Notes: generated by a model not told the origin, from the sequence alone. DNA of 64,000 bases from Flavobacteriales bacterium UBA6051 (GCA_002427735.1 DIYP01000007.1:629049-693048); one strand, 5' to 3'. Positions 38,032 to 48,457 are shown, counted from the first letter of the stretch. Numbers and translations: made by a program.

Positions 38032-39624
38032 ATGAGCAACGCAAAGGAAATCGAGAAAAGAAGAACTTTTGGCATTATATCTCACCCGGATGCCGGGAAA
38101 ACAACGCTGACAGAAAAACTCTTGCTATTTGGTGGTGCTATTCAAACTGCTGGAGCCGTTAAAAACAATAAGATCAAAAAAACGGCAACATCAGATTTCA
38201 TGGAAATTGAGAAACAAAGAGGAATTTCCGTTGCTACCTCTGTGATGGCTTTTCATTATAACGATAAGCAAATTAATATTCTCGATACTCCCGGGCACAA
38301 GGACTTTGCAGAAGATACGTTTAGAACACTTACGGCTGTAGATAGTGTCATTCTTGTAGTGGACGTCGCAAACGGTGTAGAGGCGCAAACGGAACGTCTT
38401 ATGGAAGTTTGTCGCATGCGAAACACACCAGTAATCATCTTTGTAAACAAACTGGACAGAGATGGAAAAGAATCGTTTGATCTATTGGATGAATTGGAAT
38501 CAAAACTCAACATCAAGGTCTGTCCTCTGACTTGGCCAATTGGTATGGGAGATAGATTCAAAGGAGTTTACAACATTTATAACGAAAGCTTAAACGTATT
38601 CTCTCCAAATAAAACGGGAATTTCAGATGACATCCAGTCTTTTTCCGATCTTGAATCGGTTGAATTAGATGAAATCATTGGTGAAGAAGCCGCTTCTGAA
38701 TTAAGAGAAGAAGTGGAAATGATTCACGGAGTATATGACGCTTTCGATCGCGATACTTATCTGTCTGGAGAGGTTGCACCAGTATTCTTTGGGTCTGCAG
38801 TAAATAACTTTGGTGTACAGGAATTACTCAATACTTTCTGTGATATTTCTCCATCTCCAAGAGGCCGTGACACAGATTTACGCACGGTTGAGCCCATGGA
38901 TAAGAAGTTCTCCGGTTTTGTTTTTAAAATTCACGCGAATCTTGACCCGAAACACAGAGATAGAATTGCATTCCTTCGTGTTGTATCAGGAACCTTCCAG
39001 CGAAATACCTTCTATAACCATGTTCGCTTAGAAAAGAAACTAAAGTTTCCAAATCCTACTTCATTCATGGCACAAGATAAAAGCGTTATTGATGAAGCGT
39101 TTCCCGGAGATGTTGTCGGGTTATACGACTCCGGAAATTTCAAGATAGGTGATACACTTAGCGAAGGAGAACGATTTATGTTTAAAGGAATCCCGAGCTT
39201 TTCTCCCGAAATTTTCATGGAGCTTGAGAACCTCGACCCGATGAAATCAAAGCAATTGGATAAGGGAATTCGTCAATTAATGGACGAAGGTGTAGCACAG
39301 TTATTTATTCAACAACCAGGAAGTCGAAAAATTGTCGGAACGGTTGGACAACTTCAATTCGAAGTCATCAATTACCGCTTAGAGCATGAATACGGTGCTA
39401 AATGTCGATTTGCTCCCAAGAACTACTTCAAAGCATGTTGGGTAACTACCGAGAATGACGAACAATTGCAAGCATTTAAGCGTGCTAAGGCCAACTATAT
39501 CGCAACTGACAAAGATGATAATTTGGTGTTCCTTGCAGAAACACCGTTCTTACTCACTATGGCTGAGCAGGACTATCCAGATCTTGTTTTCCATAAAACT
39601 TCCGAGTTTAAAGTAGGAGAATAG
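38032..39624 (+). CDS. prfC: Peptide chain release factor 3
   Basis: The ATG at 38032 gives [31 protein letters not shown] (G1), DTPGHKDF (G3) and NKLD (G4). Collinear RF3 similarity continues to the end. The ORF-track start at 37597 is an artefactual extension. Confidence 0.95.
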   Translation: MSNAKEIEKRRTFGIISHPDAGKTTLTEKLLLFGGAIQTAGAVKNNKIKKTATSDFMEIEKQRGISVATSVMAFHYNDKQINILDTPGHKDFAEDTFRTLTAVDSVILVVDVANGVEAQTERLMEVCRMRNTPVIIFVNKLDRDGKESFDLLDELESKLNIKVCPLTWPIGMGDRFKGVYNIYNESLNVFSPNKTGISDDIQSFSDLESVELDEIIGEEAASELREEVEMIHGVYDAFDRDTYLSGEVAPVFFGSAVNNFGVQELLNTFCDISPSPRGRDTDLRTVEPMDKKFSGFVFKIHANLDPKHRDRIAFLRVVSGTFQRNTFYNHVRLEKKLKFPNPTSFMAQDKSVIDEAFPGDVVGLYDSGNFKIGDTLSEGERFMFKGIPSFSPEIFMELENLDPMKSKQLDKGIRQLMDEGVAQLFIQQPGSRKIVGTVGQLQFEVINYRLEHEYGAKCRFAPKNYFKACWVTTENDEQLQAFKRAKANYIATDKDDNLVFLAETPFLLTMAEQDYPDLVFHKTSEFKVGE

Positions 39625-39676
39625 CTACGGTTGAATCATCCAAATAACGCTTTTACTCAATAGCTGGTTTTTCTTG

Positions 39677-39694
39677 GAATAATTGCAATTATTC
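39677..39694. promoter_or_regulatory. Perfect 18-bp palindrome GAATAATTGCAATTATTC
   Basis: It is self-complementary over all 18 positions. It lies 44 bp upstream of the ATG at 39738 and 53 bp after the prfC stop. Confidence 0.35.
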
Positions 39695-39737
39695 AGGTTA
39701 CATTGCGTTTGTAGTTTAATTTTTAAAACAATTACTT

Positions 39738-40490
39738 ATGCTCAACCACATCATCTCAACAAAGACCTTTTTACTCGTTGCAAGTCTTGCTTATTTCTTA
39801 CCAAATAAAATGCTTGCTCAAAGTGATCAAAGCAAAGAACGAAAATGGTCCATTTCAGTCAACATTGCTCCAGAAGTCGCGAATAGAAGTTTATCCTCCG
39901 AAGATAGTTTTGATAATTTCATAATTAGCCTTCGGAATAATTCAGAAAAGGCAATGTTGGCCTACACCGGAGGGCTTGGTGTAGAATTTAAACCTTGTAA
40001 ACGTTTTTCAATCCGAAGTGGAGTACAATACGCTGTAAAAGGGCATGCCACTACTATGGAAATCTGGTCACCACCTACTGGACCGCAATCTACCGGAACT
40101 GTAACGATCAGAAACGAATACCACTCTATTGGAATTCCTGTTATTGCATCTTATGATTTTATTAAAAAAGACCGACTAAGCATTTTCATTGCGGCGGGTG
40201 GTTCCATCAACTATTTATACAAACAATACAGTCGAATTAGACAAGACACAGACTCTCCTTTACAAATAGACAATAGTTCAAGTATTCCAGCTGAAAATCA
40301 ATTTGCAGGTTTCAATATCATCAACCCAAGTGCAGTCGTCTCATTGGGCGCAGATGTAAAACTCGGAGAAAGATCAACGCTTAGGATTGAACCTACTTTC
40401 CGCCATTCTATTTTACCATTAGTAGATGCTAGTATTCGCGAGTATCAATATAACTACGGACTGAATTTGGGATACTTGTTTGCCATTTAA
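39738..40490 (+). CDS. Outer-membrane beta-barrel (OprF/porin-like small OMP family) protein
   Basis: It has a signal peptide and alternating hydrophobic beta-strand pattern. The terminal aromatic motif (GLNLGYLFAI) is typical of OM beta-barrels. Confidence 0.6.
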   Translation: MLNHIISTKTFLLVASLAYFLPNKMLAQSDQSKERKWSISVNIAPEVANRSLSSEDSFDNFIISLRNNSEKAMLAYTGGLGVEFKPCKRFSIRSGVQYAVKGHATTMEIWSPPTGPQSTGTVTIRNEYHSIGIPVIASYDFIKKDRLSIFIAAGGSINYLYKQYSRIRQDTDSPLQIDNSSSIPAENQFAGFNIINPSAVVSLGADVKLGERSTLRIEPTFRHSILPLVDASIREYQYNYGLNLGYLFAI

Positions 40491-40508
40491 AGTTCTATCT
40501 TCGTTCCT

Positions 40509-41531
40509 ATGTATGTAGGAAAACGTTACCCCTTTCTAACCACATTCCGCTGGAGTATTCGGTTTGTGTATTTGTTTGCCGCAATGTCTATTGCTGTTGC
40601 ACTATTGTTTTATTTTCTGCGATTCGATTGGTTAATGATTCCATGGCAACCGATTTCATTGGTTGGTATTGCCGTGGCGTTCTATCTTGGTTTTAAAAAC
40701 AACTCTTCATATGAACGATTGTGGGAAGCCCGCAAAATATGGGGTGGTATTGTCAACTCATCGCGGACGTTTACCGTCATGTCCAGAGATTTTGTCTCTA
40801 ATTTACATACGGAGGAATCGACTTCGGAAGAAGATTTAAATGCTATAAGAAAGACTATTGTACACAGACATGTCGCTTGGTTATTTGCGTTAACGTTTCA
40901 ATTACGGGAGCGTCGTGATTGGGAACACTGGAATGAAGCAAACAATTTTATTCGTGAAGCTGGGGATATTCACCCTGACAAAGATCATTTTCCTAAAATC
41001 AAGGAGTACTTAACCGATGAGGAGTACCAATACATGATGACAAAAGGTAACAAAGCTTCTCATCTACTAAGTCTTCAATCAAAGCACCTCAAGGAGTTGA
41101 GAGAAAAAGGACTCATTGATGATTTCCGTCACATGGAGCTTTCCAGGCAAATTGAAGAATTTTATGCGTTGCAGGGAAAATCTGAACGCATCAAGAACTT
41201 TCCATTTCCGCGTCAATATGCTTCTGTAAATTATTACTTCGTATGGATTTTCATATTGATGCTACCATTTGCAATGCTAAGTATTTTTGGTCCACTAGTA
41301 GATAGTTACGCTTTTTGGCTTCTAATCCCATGTACCACTCTCGTTTCCTGGGTTTTCATACTCATGGAAATGATTGGTGATTACAGTGAAAATCCATTCG
41401 AAGGTCTTTACAATGATGTACCTATTACCTCCATTGCTCGAGGAATAGAAATAGACATTCGTCAAATGCTGGAGGAAACGGACCTCCCTGGGGCAATTGA
41501 GACGGTTACGGATTTTAACATTCTGCTTTAA
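40509..41531 (+). CDS. Bestrophin-family (UPF0187/YneE) anion channel
   Basis: Two N-terminal TM pairs plus NSSYERLWEARKIWGGIVNSSR, the conserved bestrophin-homologue motif. Confidence 0.8.
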   Translation: MYVGKRYPFLTTFRWSIRFVYLFAAMSIAVALLFYFLRFDWLMIPWQPISLVGIAVAFYLGFKNNSSYERLWEARKIWGGIVNSSRTFTVMSRDFVSNLHTEESTSEEDLNAIRKTIVHRHVAWLFALTFQLRERRDWEHWNEANNFIREAGDIHPDKDHFPKIKEYLTDEEYQYMMTKGNKASHLLSLQSKHLKELREKGLIDDFRHMELSRQIEEFYALQGKSERIKNFPFPRQYASVNYYFVWIFILMLPFAMLSIFGPLVDSYAFWLLIPCTTLVSWVFILMEMIGDYSENPFEGLYNDVPITSIARGIEIDIRQMLEETDLPGAIETVTDFNILL

Positions 41532-41577
41532 TCGAAGTCATTGCGCTTGCCGTGGCAGAGTTTCGAATCGTTTACAA

Positions 41578-42033
41578 CTATTCAAATAAAACAGGCAAAT
41601 CTTCCAGGTAATTCAGTGTGCCTTTCTTTCGATCGATTTCGCAAAAAACATGCTGAAGACCATTTGTTAGAAACAGCAAATCGACATTTAGATCAAAGTT
41701 ATACTGTGCAATTTGTTGCAAGGTCTCCTCAGTGATTGGGATATGTGTTGCTTTGCACTCAACAATCAATATAGGACGTCTATCACGACCAAAAACAACG
41801 ACATCTGCACGTTTCTTCCGGCCATTGTATTCGAGACTATACTCAGAAGCAATCAGCCCTTCAGGAACGGCTTTTTGATGAATCAAGAAATGTACAACAT
41901 GCTGTCTAACCCATTCTTCTGGCGTACAAACCAAATCTTTCTTTCGCAGAATACACCAAACGAAAACTTGGTCGCCTTTTTTACTAAGCCTTAGGTTTGC
42001 CTTCGGGAAATTAAGTGCTTCAATAACTGACAC
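41578..42033 (-). CDS. Type I restriction enzyme HsdR N-terminal (PD-(D/E)xK-like) domain protein, stand-alone
   Basis: 151 aa. PEEWVRQ..., ADVVVF......PILIVECK fits the HSDR_N family core (D...E.K). Confidence 0.65.
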   Translation of the reverse strand: MSVIEALNFPKANLRLSKKGDQVFVWCILRKKDLVCTPEEWVRQHVVHFLIHQKAVPEGLIASEYSLEYNGRKKRADVVVFGRDRRPILIVECKATHIPITEETLQQIAQYNFDLNVDLLFLTNGLQHVFCEIDRKKGTLNYLEDLPVLFE

Positions 42034-42048
42034 AGGGAATCATTCTGA

Positions 42049-43272
42049 TTATTTCATGCCCATAATGAGAAGTTCAATGTCCTTATACTTCAAATCGAAA
42101 ACTTTTCCGAGAACTTCACTTGTTAAAACACCTTTGTATATATACACACCATCTCTAAATCCAAGATTGTGTGCAATTAACTCCTTACATCCTCCTTTGT
42201 TACCCATATCTACAAGAATAGGCGAGAAAATATTCGAGAGTGCAAACGAAGCCGTCCTTGAAACCCGAGAAGCAATATTTGGAACACAATAATGGATAAC
42301 GCCGTGTTTCTCGAAAGTTGGATGATCATGAGTTGTCACGCGAGACGTCTCAAAACACCCCCCCTGATCAATACTTACGTCTACCAACACAGAACCTTGC
42401 TTCATATTTTGAATCATTTCCTCTGTCACTACACATGGAGTGCGACCAAGAGGAGCCCGAAGCGCACCAATTACCACATCAGCTCGCATAAGCGATTTTG
42501 CTAATACTTTTGGCTGAATAACAGATGTATAGACGCGAGTTCCTATGTCGTTTTGCAGTCTTCGTAAACGAGACAACGAATTATCAAAAACCTTTACCGA
42601 AGCACCTAATCCAAGGGCACCTCGAGCAGCATACTCTCCTACCGTACCTGCACCAATGATCACTACCTCGGTCGGTTGAACCCCGGCAATTCCGCCAAGC
42701 ATCATTCCTTTTCCACTTCCGAAGGAAGACAACAATTCCCCTGCGACCAAAATAGATGTTGTCCCAGCAATCTCTCCCATCGTCCGCACCACTGGAAAGA
42801 CTCCACTGCTATCCCTAATGTAATCCCAGGCAACCGCAGTAATTTTCTTTTCCATTAATTTCTGCAAGATCTTTTTCGGTTGAATGGAAATTTGTAACGC
42901 AGAAATCAAGGTCTGCCCACCGGGCATCATCTCTACCTCTTCTTCGATGGGCGGAGCCACCTTAAATATGATATCACAGGAGAAAATTTCCTTTCGGTCG
43001 TAGCAAATTTCCGCTCCTGCTTCGCTGTAATCGTTATCCGAAAAGTTAACACCTTCCCCGCATTTCGTCTCTATCTTTACCCTATGTCCGTTGGCGACTA
43101 AAACAGAAACTGTCTCAGGAACAAGTGCAACGCGTCGTTCTTGAAATGACGTCTCTTTTGGTATTCCTATGTAGAGATTCCCTTTCTTTCTTGCAATCTC
43201 CAACATCTCCTCTTTTGGAAGTAAACTTCCTTGCCTCATCAGCTGCTTTAAAATCTCAGGGTCCGTAATCAT
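42049..43272 (-). CDS. Alanine dehydrogenase / PNT-family NAD(H)-binding dehydrogenase
   Basis: IGIPKE....ERRVAL.P is the AlaDh_PNT N-terminal domain. VVIIGAGTVG is the Rossmann motif. Confidence 0.8.
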   Translation of the reverse strand: MITDPEILKQLMRQGSLLPKEEMLEIARKKGNLYIGIPKETSFQERRVALVPETVSVLVANGHRVKIETKCGEGVNFSDNDYSEAGAEICYDRKEIFSCDIIFKVAPPIEEEVEMMPGGQTLISALQISIQPKKILQKLMEKKITAVAWDYIRDSSGVFPVVRTMGEIAGTTSILVAGELLSSFGSGKGMMLGGIAGVQPTEVVIIGAGTVGEYAARGALGLGASVKVFDNSLSRLRRLQNDIGTRVYTSVIQPKVLAKSLMRADVVIGALRAPLGRTPCVVTEEMIQNMKQGSVLVDVSIDQGGCFETSRVTTHDHPTFEKHGVIHYCVPNIASRVSRTASFALSNIFSPILVDMGNKGGCKELIAHNLGFRDGVYIYKGVLTSEVLGKVFDLKYKDIELLIMGMK

Positions 43273-43697
43273 AATTCAATGGTTAAGGTTCTGGTGTCAT
43301 CTTCATTTCTACGAATATACGACCAAATCACGTTATCAGGAAGAAGTGTTCCTATTTTCTCAGGCCACTCTATGAAACATATGTCATCTCCATAGAGCAT
43401 CTCTTCAATACCAATATCTAGTGCCTCTCGCTCATCTTCAATTCGGTACAAATCGAAGTGATAGACACGTCCATACATTCTACTATCGTAAACATTTACA
43501 AGAGAATACGTGGGAGAGCCCTCTAAATCACTTATTCCCATCGCTTTCAAAACAGCGCTGATAAACGTTGTTTTTCCAACTCCCATATCCGCTTCAAACG
43601 CAAAAATCTTACGATGCCCTACAGCGTCCAAAAAATCAACTGCTGCATTTTGTAAACTAGCTAAAGATTCAATGTGTATTTCACGCTTCTTCCCCAC
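43269..43697 (-). CDS. tsaE: tRNA t6A37 threonylcarbamoyltransferase complex ATPase subunit TsaE
   Basis: 142 aa with a Walker A GVGKTTF, PTYSLVN.Y and HFDLYR motifs. There is a 4-nt start/stop overlap with the downstream gene. Confidence 0.85.
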   Translation of the reverse strand: MGKKREIHIESLASLQNAAVDFLDAVGHRKIFAFEADMGVGKTTFISAVLKAMGISDLEGSPTYSLVNVYDSRMYGRVYHFDLYRIEDEREALDIGIEEMLYGDDICFIEWPEKIGTLLPDNVIWSYIRRNEDDTRTLTIEL

Positions 43698-43814
43698 GCT
43701 GAATTGTACTTCAAACGCAAGAAAAGGTTACGTTAATAGCATTTTTTAATCGATCTTTCCAACGTACAGTAAAACGACTTCGTTTCACAGGTGAGTTCCC
43801 TCGACCACTTAGCC

Positions 43815-44885
43815 ATGGAAAATACCTTAAAGACTGTATATTGGTTTGCGTATTACGGACCTGAATCTCCGTCAGTTCGTTACCGTGGCCTTTATCCATG
43901 CCAACGAATGCGCGAAAAAGGAATTCGAACTCATATTTGCTACCCTGGCTATTCTCCCAAGCGTATTATTCGTTTTATCTTTGTTTTTTCAAAAGCGCTT
44001 TTCGCCAGAAAAAATGAATCGCTCATTGTCATTCAGCGCGTTCATTCCAATCGAATTTACGCCAACCTACTAAAATTACTCACGTTATTTTCAAAAGCAA
44101 AAATTGCTTACGATCTTGATGACGCCGATTACTTGGTTTATGCCGAAAATAATATCGAATATTTCCTGAGTCATTCAGACTTCAATCTTATCGGGAGTCA
44201 GGAACTCAACCAATATGCGCAAAGATTCAACCAACACTCTTTTCATTTGACCAGTCCAACTTATGATTTACAACGAATCAAGAAAAAGAAAAATGAATGC
44301 CTGCACGTCGGTTGGGTTGGTTGCTACGGAGGGGGGCATGAAGAAACACTTGTAGAACTTGTCTTTCCAGCTATTCGAGAACTGAGTTTTCCCATACGGT
44401 TTTCTATACTTGGTGTGCAGACAAATGAAAATATGGAAAAGATTAAGAATCTCTTTGTTGATTCCAAACATGTGATGCTCTGTTTCCCATCTATCAACTG
44501 GTTGAACGAGTCAGAAGTTCAAAATGAAATTGTCAAATTCGATTTAGGAATTGCAACGCTCAAAAACGATGAACTTCACCGATCAAAATCGGCCTTTAAA
44601 CTAAAGCAGTACCTCAACAATGGAATCCCCGTTTTGAGCTCTCCCATTGGGGAAAACCAATTATTCATTGAAGATGGTGTCAATGGCTTTTTCTGCAACA
44701 CTTCTGACGAATTTCATCAAAAAATCTCATTTTTCCAGGACCTTGCTTCTTCTGAATACGCTGAATTTTCAGAAAATGCCAAGTTGAGCTCAGAAGTATT
44801 TGAGATAGAATCTTATATCAGACAAGTTCTAACTACCTTCAGGCATCACAAAAATCGAACGTCTGAGACTGATAAAAAGTCCTAA
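43815..44885 (+). CDS. Glycosyltransferase (GT-B fold, family 1/4-like)
   Basis: The C-terminal half (KLKQYLNNGIPVLSSPIGEN..I.DGVNGF) resembles the nucleotide-sugar-binding region of GT1/GT4 enzymes. The start is taken at the ATG at 43815. Confidence 0.65.
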   Translation: MENTLKTVYWFAYYGPESPSVRYRGLYPCQRMREKGIRTHICYPGYSPKRIIRFIFVFSKALFARKNESLIVIQRVHSNRIYANLLKLLTLFSKAKIAYDLDDADYLVYAENNIEYFLSHSDFNLIGSQELNQYAQRFNQHSFHLTSPTYDLQRIKKKKNECLHVGWVGCYGGGHEETLVELVFPAIRELSFPIRFSILGVQTNENMEKIKNLFVDSKHVMLCFPSINWLNESEVQNEIVKFDLGIATLKNDELHRSKSAFKLKQYLNNGIPVLSSPIGENQLFIEDGVNGFFCNTSDEFHQKISFFQDLASSEYAEFSENAKLSSEVFEIESYIRQVLTTFRHHKNRTSETDKKS

Positions 44886-46516
44886 GACTTGCGCCTTCTC
44901 GTAAATCGTGAAACATCCCTTTTTGGTGCAGTTTCAGATGTTGTCGTTGCTTCAGGCGATGCTGTTTTTTCAGAACGAGGTTCTAACTCAACATAAGGAA
45001 TTAACAATTCTTCAAGGGAAATACCACCATGCTGAAAGGTGTTATTGTAATACTTCACAAAATGATTGTAGTTATTTGGGTATACAAAGTAATCATCATC
45101 GCGTGTAAAGACATAGCAACTTGATAAACCCGATTTTGGCAGGTAAGCATCCTGTGGGTTTCTCACTTCAAAAACGTCCTTTTCTTTGTATGATAAATTA
45201 CGTCCCGTTTTGTAACGTAAATTTGTGTTTGTGCTTCGCTCACCAATTATTTTTACCGGATTCGTTACACGAACGGTACCGTGATCAGTAGTTATAATCA
45301 GTTTTCTACCTGATTCTGCCACTTTCTTAACAATATCATGTAATGGGGAATGCTCAAACCAGGAAACCGTCAATGAACGATAGGCTTGTTCATCATCGGC
45401 TAACTCTCGAATAACTTCCATTTCAGTTCGTGCATGAGAGAGCATGTCAACAAAGTTGTACACAATGACATTCAGCTTATTGTCCAATAACTGATTAAAG
45501 TTGTCAGCGAGTTTCTTCCCGCCATTCAGGTTGGTAATCTTGTTATAAGACCACTTGATAGAACGCCCCAATCGCTTGAGATTTTCCGCCAGCAACTCTT
45601 TTTCAAACATATTCTTCCCACCTTCATCCTCTTCTCCTACCCAGTATTTAGGGTATTTCTTCGCTATCTCAGAAGGCATCAATCCAGCAAAGAAAGCATT
45701 TCTCGCATACTGTGTCGCTGTTGGAAGAATAGAGTAAACTATCTCTTCTTCCTTGATCGAATAATACTTGGAGAAAATTGGGCTCAAGACCTTCCACTGA
45801 TCATACCTTAGATTATCAATAACCAATACAAAAACATCCTCACCATCCAATTGCGGATTAATACGGTTCTTTATGAGCGTTTGCACCATCTCTGGAGCGT
45901 CAGACACTCCATTCAACCAGTTCAAATAATTATCTTCAATGAACTTTGAGAATTGCGCATTGGCCTCTCTTTTCTGCATCGAGAGAATTTCTTGCATTCC
46001 TTGCTCTTCTACTTCACTGAGCTTCAACTCCCAATAAACTAATTTGCTGTATACCTCGCTCCAACCTTTAATATCTAAATCACTGTTTAGCTGCATTCCC
46101 AATTCTCTAAAATCCTGCTGGTAATTCGAGTTAGCCTTCTGCGACACAAGCTTACTCCGGTCAAGGTTCCGTTTAATTGAAAGTAAAATCTGATTCGGAT
46201 TGACAGGCTTAATCAAGTAATCAGCAATATTATTTCCGATCGCCTCTTCCATGATATGCTCCTCCTCACTTTTCGTGATCATGACGACTGGAACATGAGG
46301 TTTATCTGCCTTTATTTTCTCTAGTGCGTCTAAGCCGGATATACCGGGCATATTTTCATCCAAAAAAATGATGTCGAACTCTTGTTCTGCACTTTTATCC
46401 ACTGCAGAAGAACCATTGTTTACAGTGACCACTTCATACCCCTTTGACTCCAGGAAAATAATATGCGGTTTCAAAAGGACGATTTCATCGTCAGCCCAAA
46501 GGATTCTTATCTGCAT
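44882..46516 (-). CDS. porX: PorX-type response regulator (CheY receiver + PglZ/alkaline-phosphatase-superfamily domain)
   Basis: The N-terminal receiver has ILWADDE and FLDENMPGISG (phospho-acceptor Asp context). It is followed by a roughly 350-aa PglZ-like domain (VLVIDNLRYDQW, TDHG). This architecture and length are those of the T9SS regulator PorX. Confidence 0.8.
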   Translation of the reverse strand: MQIRILWADDEIVLLKPHIIFLESKGYEVVTVNNGSSAVDKSAEQEFDIIFLDENMPGISGLDALEKIKADKPHVPVVMITKSEEEHIMEEAIGNNIADYLIKPVNPNQILLSIKRNLDRSKLVSQKANSNYQQDFRELGMQLNSDLDIKGWSEVYSKLVYWELKLSEVEEQGMQEILSMQKREANAQFSKFIEDNYLNWLNGVSDAPEMVQTLIKNRINPQLDGEDVFVLVIDNLRYDQWKVLSPIFSKYYSIKEEEIVYSILPTATQYARNAFFAGLMPSEIAKKYPKYWVGEEDEGGKNMFEKELLAENLKRLGRSIKWSYNKITNLNGGKKLADNFNQLLDNKLNVIVYNFVDMLSHARTEMEVIRELADDEQAYRSLTVSWFEHSPLHDIVKKVAESGRKLIITTDHGTVRVTNPVKIIGERSTNTNLRYKTGRNLSYKEKDVFEVRNPQDAYLPKSGLSSCYVFTRDDDYFVYPNNYNHFVKYYNNTFQHGGISLEELLIPYVELEPRSEKTASPEATTTSETAPKRDVSRFTRRRKS

Positions 46517-46557
46517 ATGTCGATTATTTTTTAGTTTTGAGTTATCGATTTAAAAGT

Positions 46558-47808
46558 ATGCAATTGCAATCAAAAGTCAACCGCAATAACAAGAAGAAAA
46601 TATTTAACGACCCTGTTTACGGTTTTATTTCAATCCCGAGAGAGATTATTTTCGATGTTATAGAACACCCTTATTTTCAGCGGTTAAGAAGAATAAAACA
46701 ACTGGGACTAACACACCTTGTTTACCCAGGCGCTTTACACACCCGATTTCACCATGTCTTAGGTGCTATGCACCTCATGACAAAAGCAGTTGCAACTATT
46801 CGACGCAAGGGACATGATATTACCACAGAAGAAGAAGAAGCTGTATTATTAGCTATTCTATTGCATGATATCGGTCACGGACCTTTCAGTCACGCGCTGG
46901 AGCACGATATTGTAAGCGGCGTAAGTCATGAGGAGATTTCGTGTTTCTTCATTGAACGTTTAAGCAAGGAGTTTGGAGGTCGTCTGGACTTAGCACTTTC
47001 TGTTTTCAAGAATGAGCATCCAAAAAAGTTCTTATATCAACTGGTTTCCAGTCAATTAGATATGGACCGAATGGATTACCTCAACAGAGATAGTTTTTAC
47101 ACGGGAGTAAGTGAGGGAAAAATTGGAAGTGATCGAATCATTGAAATGCTTAATGTTGTCAACGGCGAGTTAGTGATTGAGGAAAAAGGAATCTATTCAA
47201 TTGAGAAATTCATTGTAGCCCGAAGAATCATGTACTGGCAGGTGTACTTGCACAAAACTGTCGTTGCCGGTGAATTCATGTTAATTCATATCCTCCGCCG
47301 CGCAAAACAACTAATTCAGGAAGGCAAAGATCTCTTCGGAAGTCCGGCCTTGCTATTTTTCATGAAACAAAATATATCGTCTCAGGATTTTAAAAACAAT
47401 CCTGAAGTCTTGGAACAATTTGCAAGACTCGACGATTATGATATTCTTGGCGCCATAAAAGTCTGGCAATATTGTGATGATCAAGTATTGTCTGAATTAT
47501 CCAGAAGAATTGTTGATCGGGAGCTTTTCAAAATTGAAGTTGCTAAAGAAGCATTTAGTGAGGAAAAAATTACAGCGATCAGTTCACAAGTGATGAATCA
47601 ACTAGAGATTACAGAAAGTCAGGTGGAGCACTTTGTATATGCTGAACGACTTACAAATAATGCCTACAGTGATGACAAACAAAATATCAACCTACTAATG
47701 AAATCTGGTGAAATAATGGAGTTGTCCAAAGCAGCAGATAACTTAAACATCTCAGCTTTAACCAAACCGGTTGCCAAATACTTTTTGAGTTACCCTACTT
47801 TTAGGTAA
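46558..47808 (+). CDS. HD-domain dNTP triphosphohydrolase-like protein (SAMHD1/EF1143-like)
   Basis: FNDPVYGFI, RLRRIKQLG, RFHHVLG, LLHDIGHGPFSH and DMDRMDYL.RDS are the HD phosphohydrolase motifs in the SAMHD1-like arrangement. The ATG at 46558 is preferred over the TTG at 46537. Confidence 0.8.
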   Translation: MQLQSKVNRNNKKKIFNDPVYGFISIPREIIFDVIEHPYFQRLRRIKQLGLTHLVYPGALHTRFHHVLGAMHLMTKAVATIRRKGHDITTEEEEAVLLAILLHDIGHGPFSHALEHDIVSGVSHEEISCFFIERLSKEFGGRLDLALSVFKNEHPKKFLYQLVSSQLDMDRMDYLNRDSFYTGVSEGKIGSDRIIEMLNVVNGELVIEEKGIYSIEKFIVARRIMYWQVYLHKTVVAGEFMLIHILRRAKQLIQEGKDLFGSPALLFFMKQNISSQDFKNNPEVLEQFARLDDYDILGAIKVWQYCDDQVLSELSRRIVDRELFKIEVAKEAFSEEKITAISSQVMNQLEITESQVEHFVYAERLTNNAYSDDKQNINLLMKSGEIMELSKAADNLNISALTKPVAKYFLSYPTFR

Positions 47809-47812
47809 AGGT

Positions 47813-48457
47813 TCACTGTTTTTTCAGCTTTCCTTCTTTCCAATCCTTGACGAGCTTAGCCCAAGCATAAGGATTTAACAGGTTGTTCGCCGGTAATTGA
47901 TTATTCGTGTACAACCGAGTATTATATTGATTCTGGACTGCTCCGTAAGATAAAGAAGCATCTCCTTCCAATCTGGCAGCAACAAACGCCAGGCTTTCAC
48001 CAGATAAATCACGCTGCGCTCTTCTCAAAGCATCATCATATGGCTGCATTTCAACAAAGACACGCGCAAAATCTTCTCTTGATGGCCAAGGATAAACATC
48101 CACTGCTGGCAAATTCAAGGTGTCTTTTTGCATCATGTGGATGATAGAATACCTATTATCTGCCAAGGTATCCGGAACAATGTATGTCGATGTCTTATGA
48201 CCATAAAAAGAAAAAGCCAAGGTATCGCCTGGAAATGTTACCATGGAAAAGTAACCGTAGTAATCTGCGATAACACCCCTTCTAGCAGTTTTATCGAAAA
48301 CGGTGGTGTAAGACAAAGGTTCAAGATCATCTTCTGTTACAATTACTCCTGAAAGTTGAATCATGTTGGAATCCAGAAAAACAGTGTCTTGCTGCTGGCC
48401 ATATCCGAAGAATGACACGAAGCAAATGAGAAACAGTATTTGAAATTTAGCCTGCAT
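47813..48457 (-). CDS. Carboxypeptidase-regulatory-like domain protein (secreted)
   Basis: It has a signal peptide. LSGVIVTEDDLEPLSYTTV....RGVIADYYGYFSM is the CarboxypepD_reg-like beta-sandwich pattern. Confidence 0.6.
   Translation of the reverse strand: MQAKFQILFLICFVSFFGYGQQQDTVFLDSNMIQLSGVIVTEDDLEPLSYTTVFDKTARRGVIADYYGYFSMVTFPGDTLAFSFYGHKTSTYIVPDTLADNRYSIIHMMQKDTLNLPAVDVYPWPSREDFARVFVEMQPYDDALRRAQRDLSGESLAFVAARLEGDASLSYGAVQNQYNTRLYTNNQLPANNLLNPYAWAKLVKDWKEGKLKKQ

Noticed and set aside
41578-42033. The HsdR N-terminal-domain protein as evidence of a type I restriction-modification system.
   Set aside because: It is a stand-alone 151-aa nuclease-fold domain. The window has no helicase part of HsdR and no hsdM or hsdS genes. 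The neighbours are housekeeping genes (alanine dehydrogenase family, tsaE).
44882-46516. The PglZ-domain protein as part of a BREX or other phage-defence system.
   Set aside because: The PglZ domain is fused to a CheY-like receiver, which is the PorX (T9SS regulator) architecture. No BREX partners (pglX methyltransferase, brxC ATPase, brxL protease) are nearby.
46558-47808. The SAMHD1-like HD dNTPase as an anti-phage dNTP-depletion defence gene.
   Set aside because: It is a single gene in a housekeeping context next to porX, with no mobile-element or defence-island neighbours. It more likely has a dNTP-pool housekeeping role. Sequence alone cannot distinguish the two.
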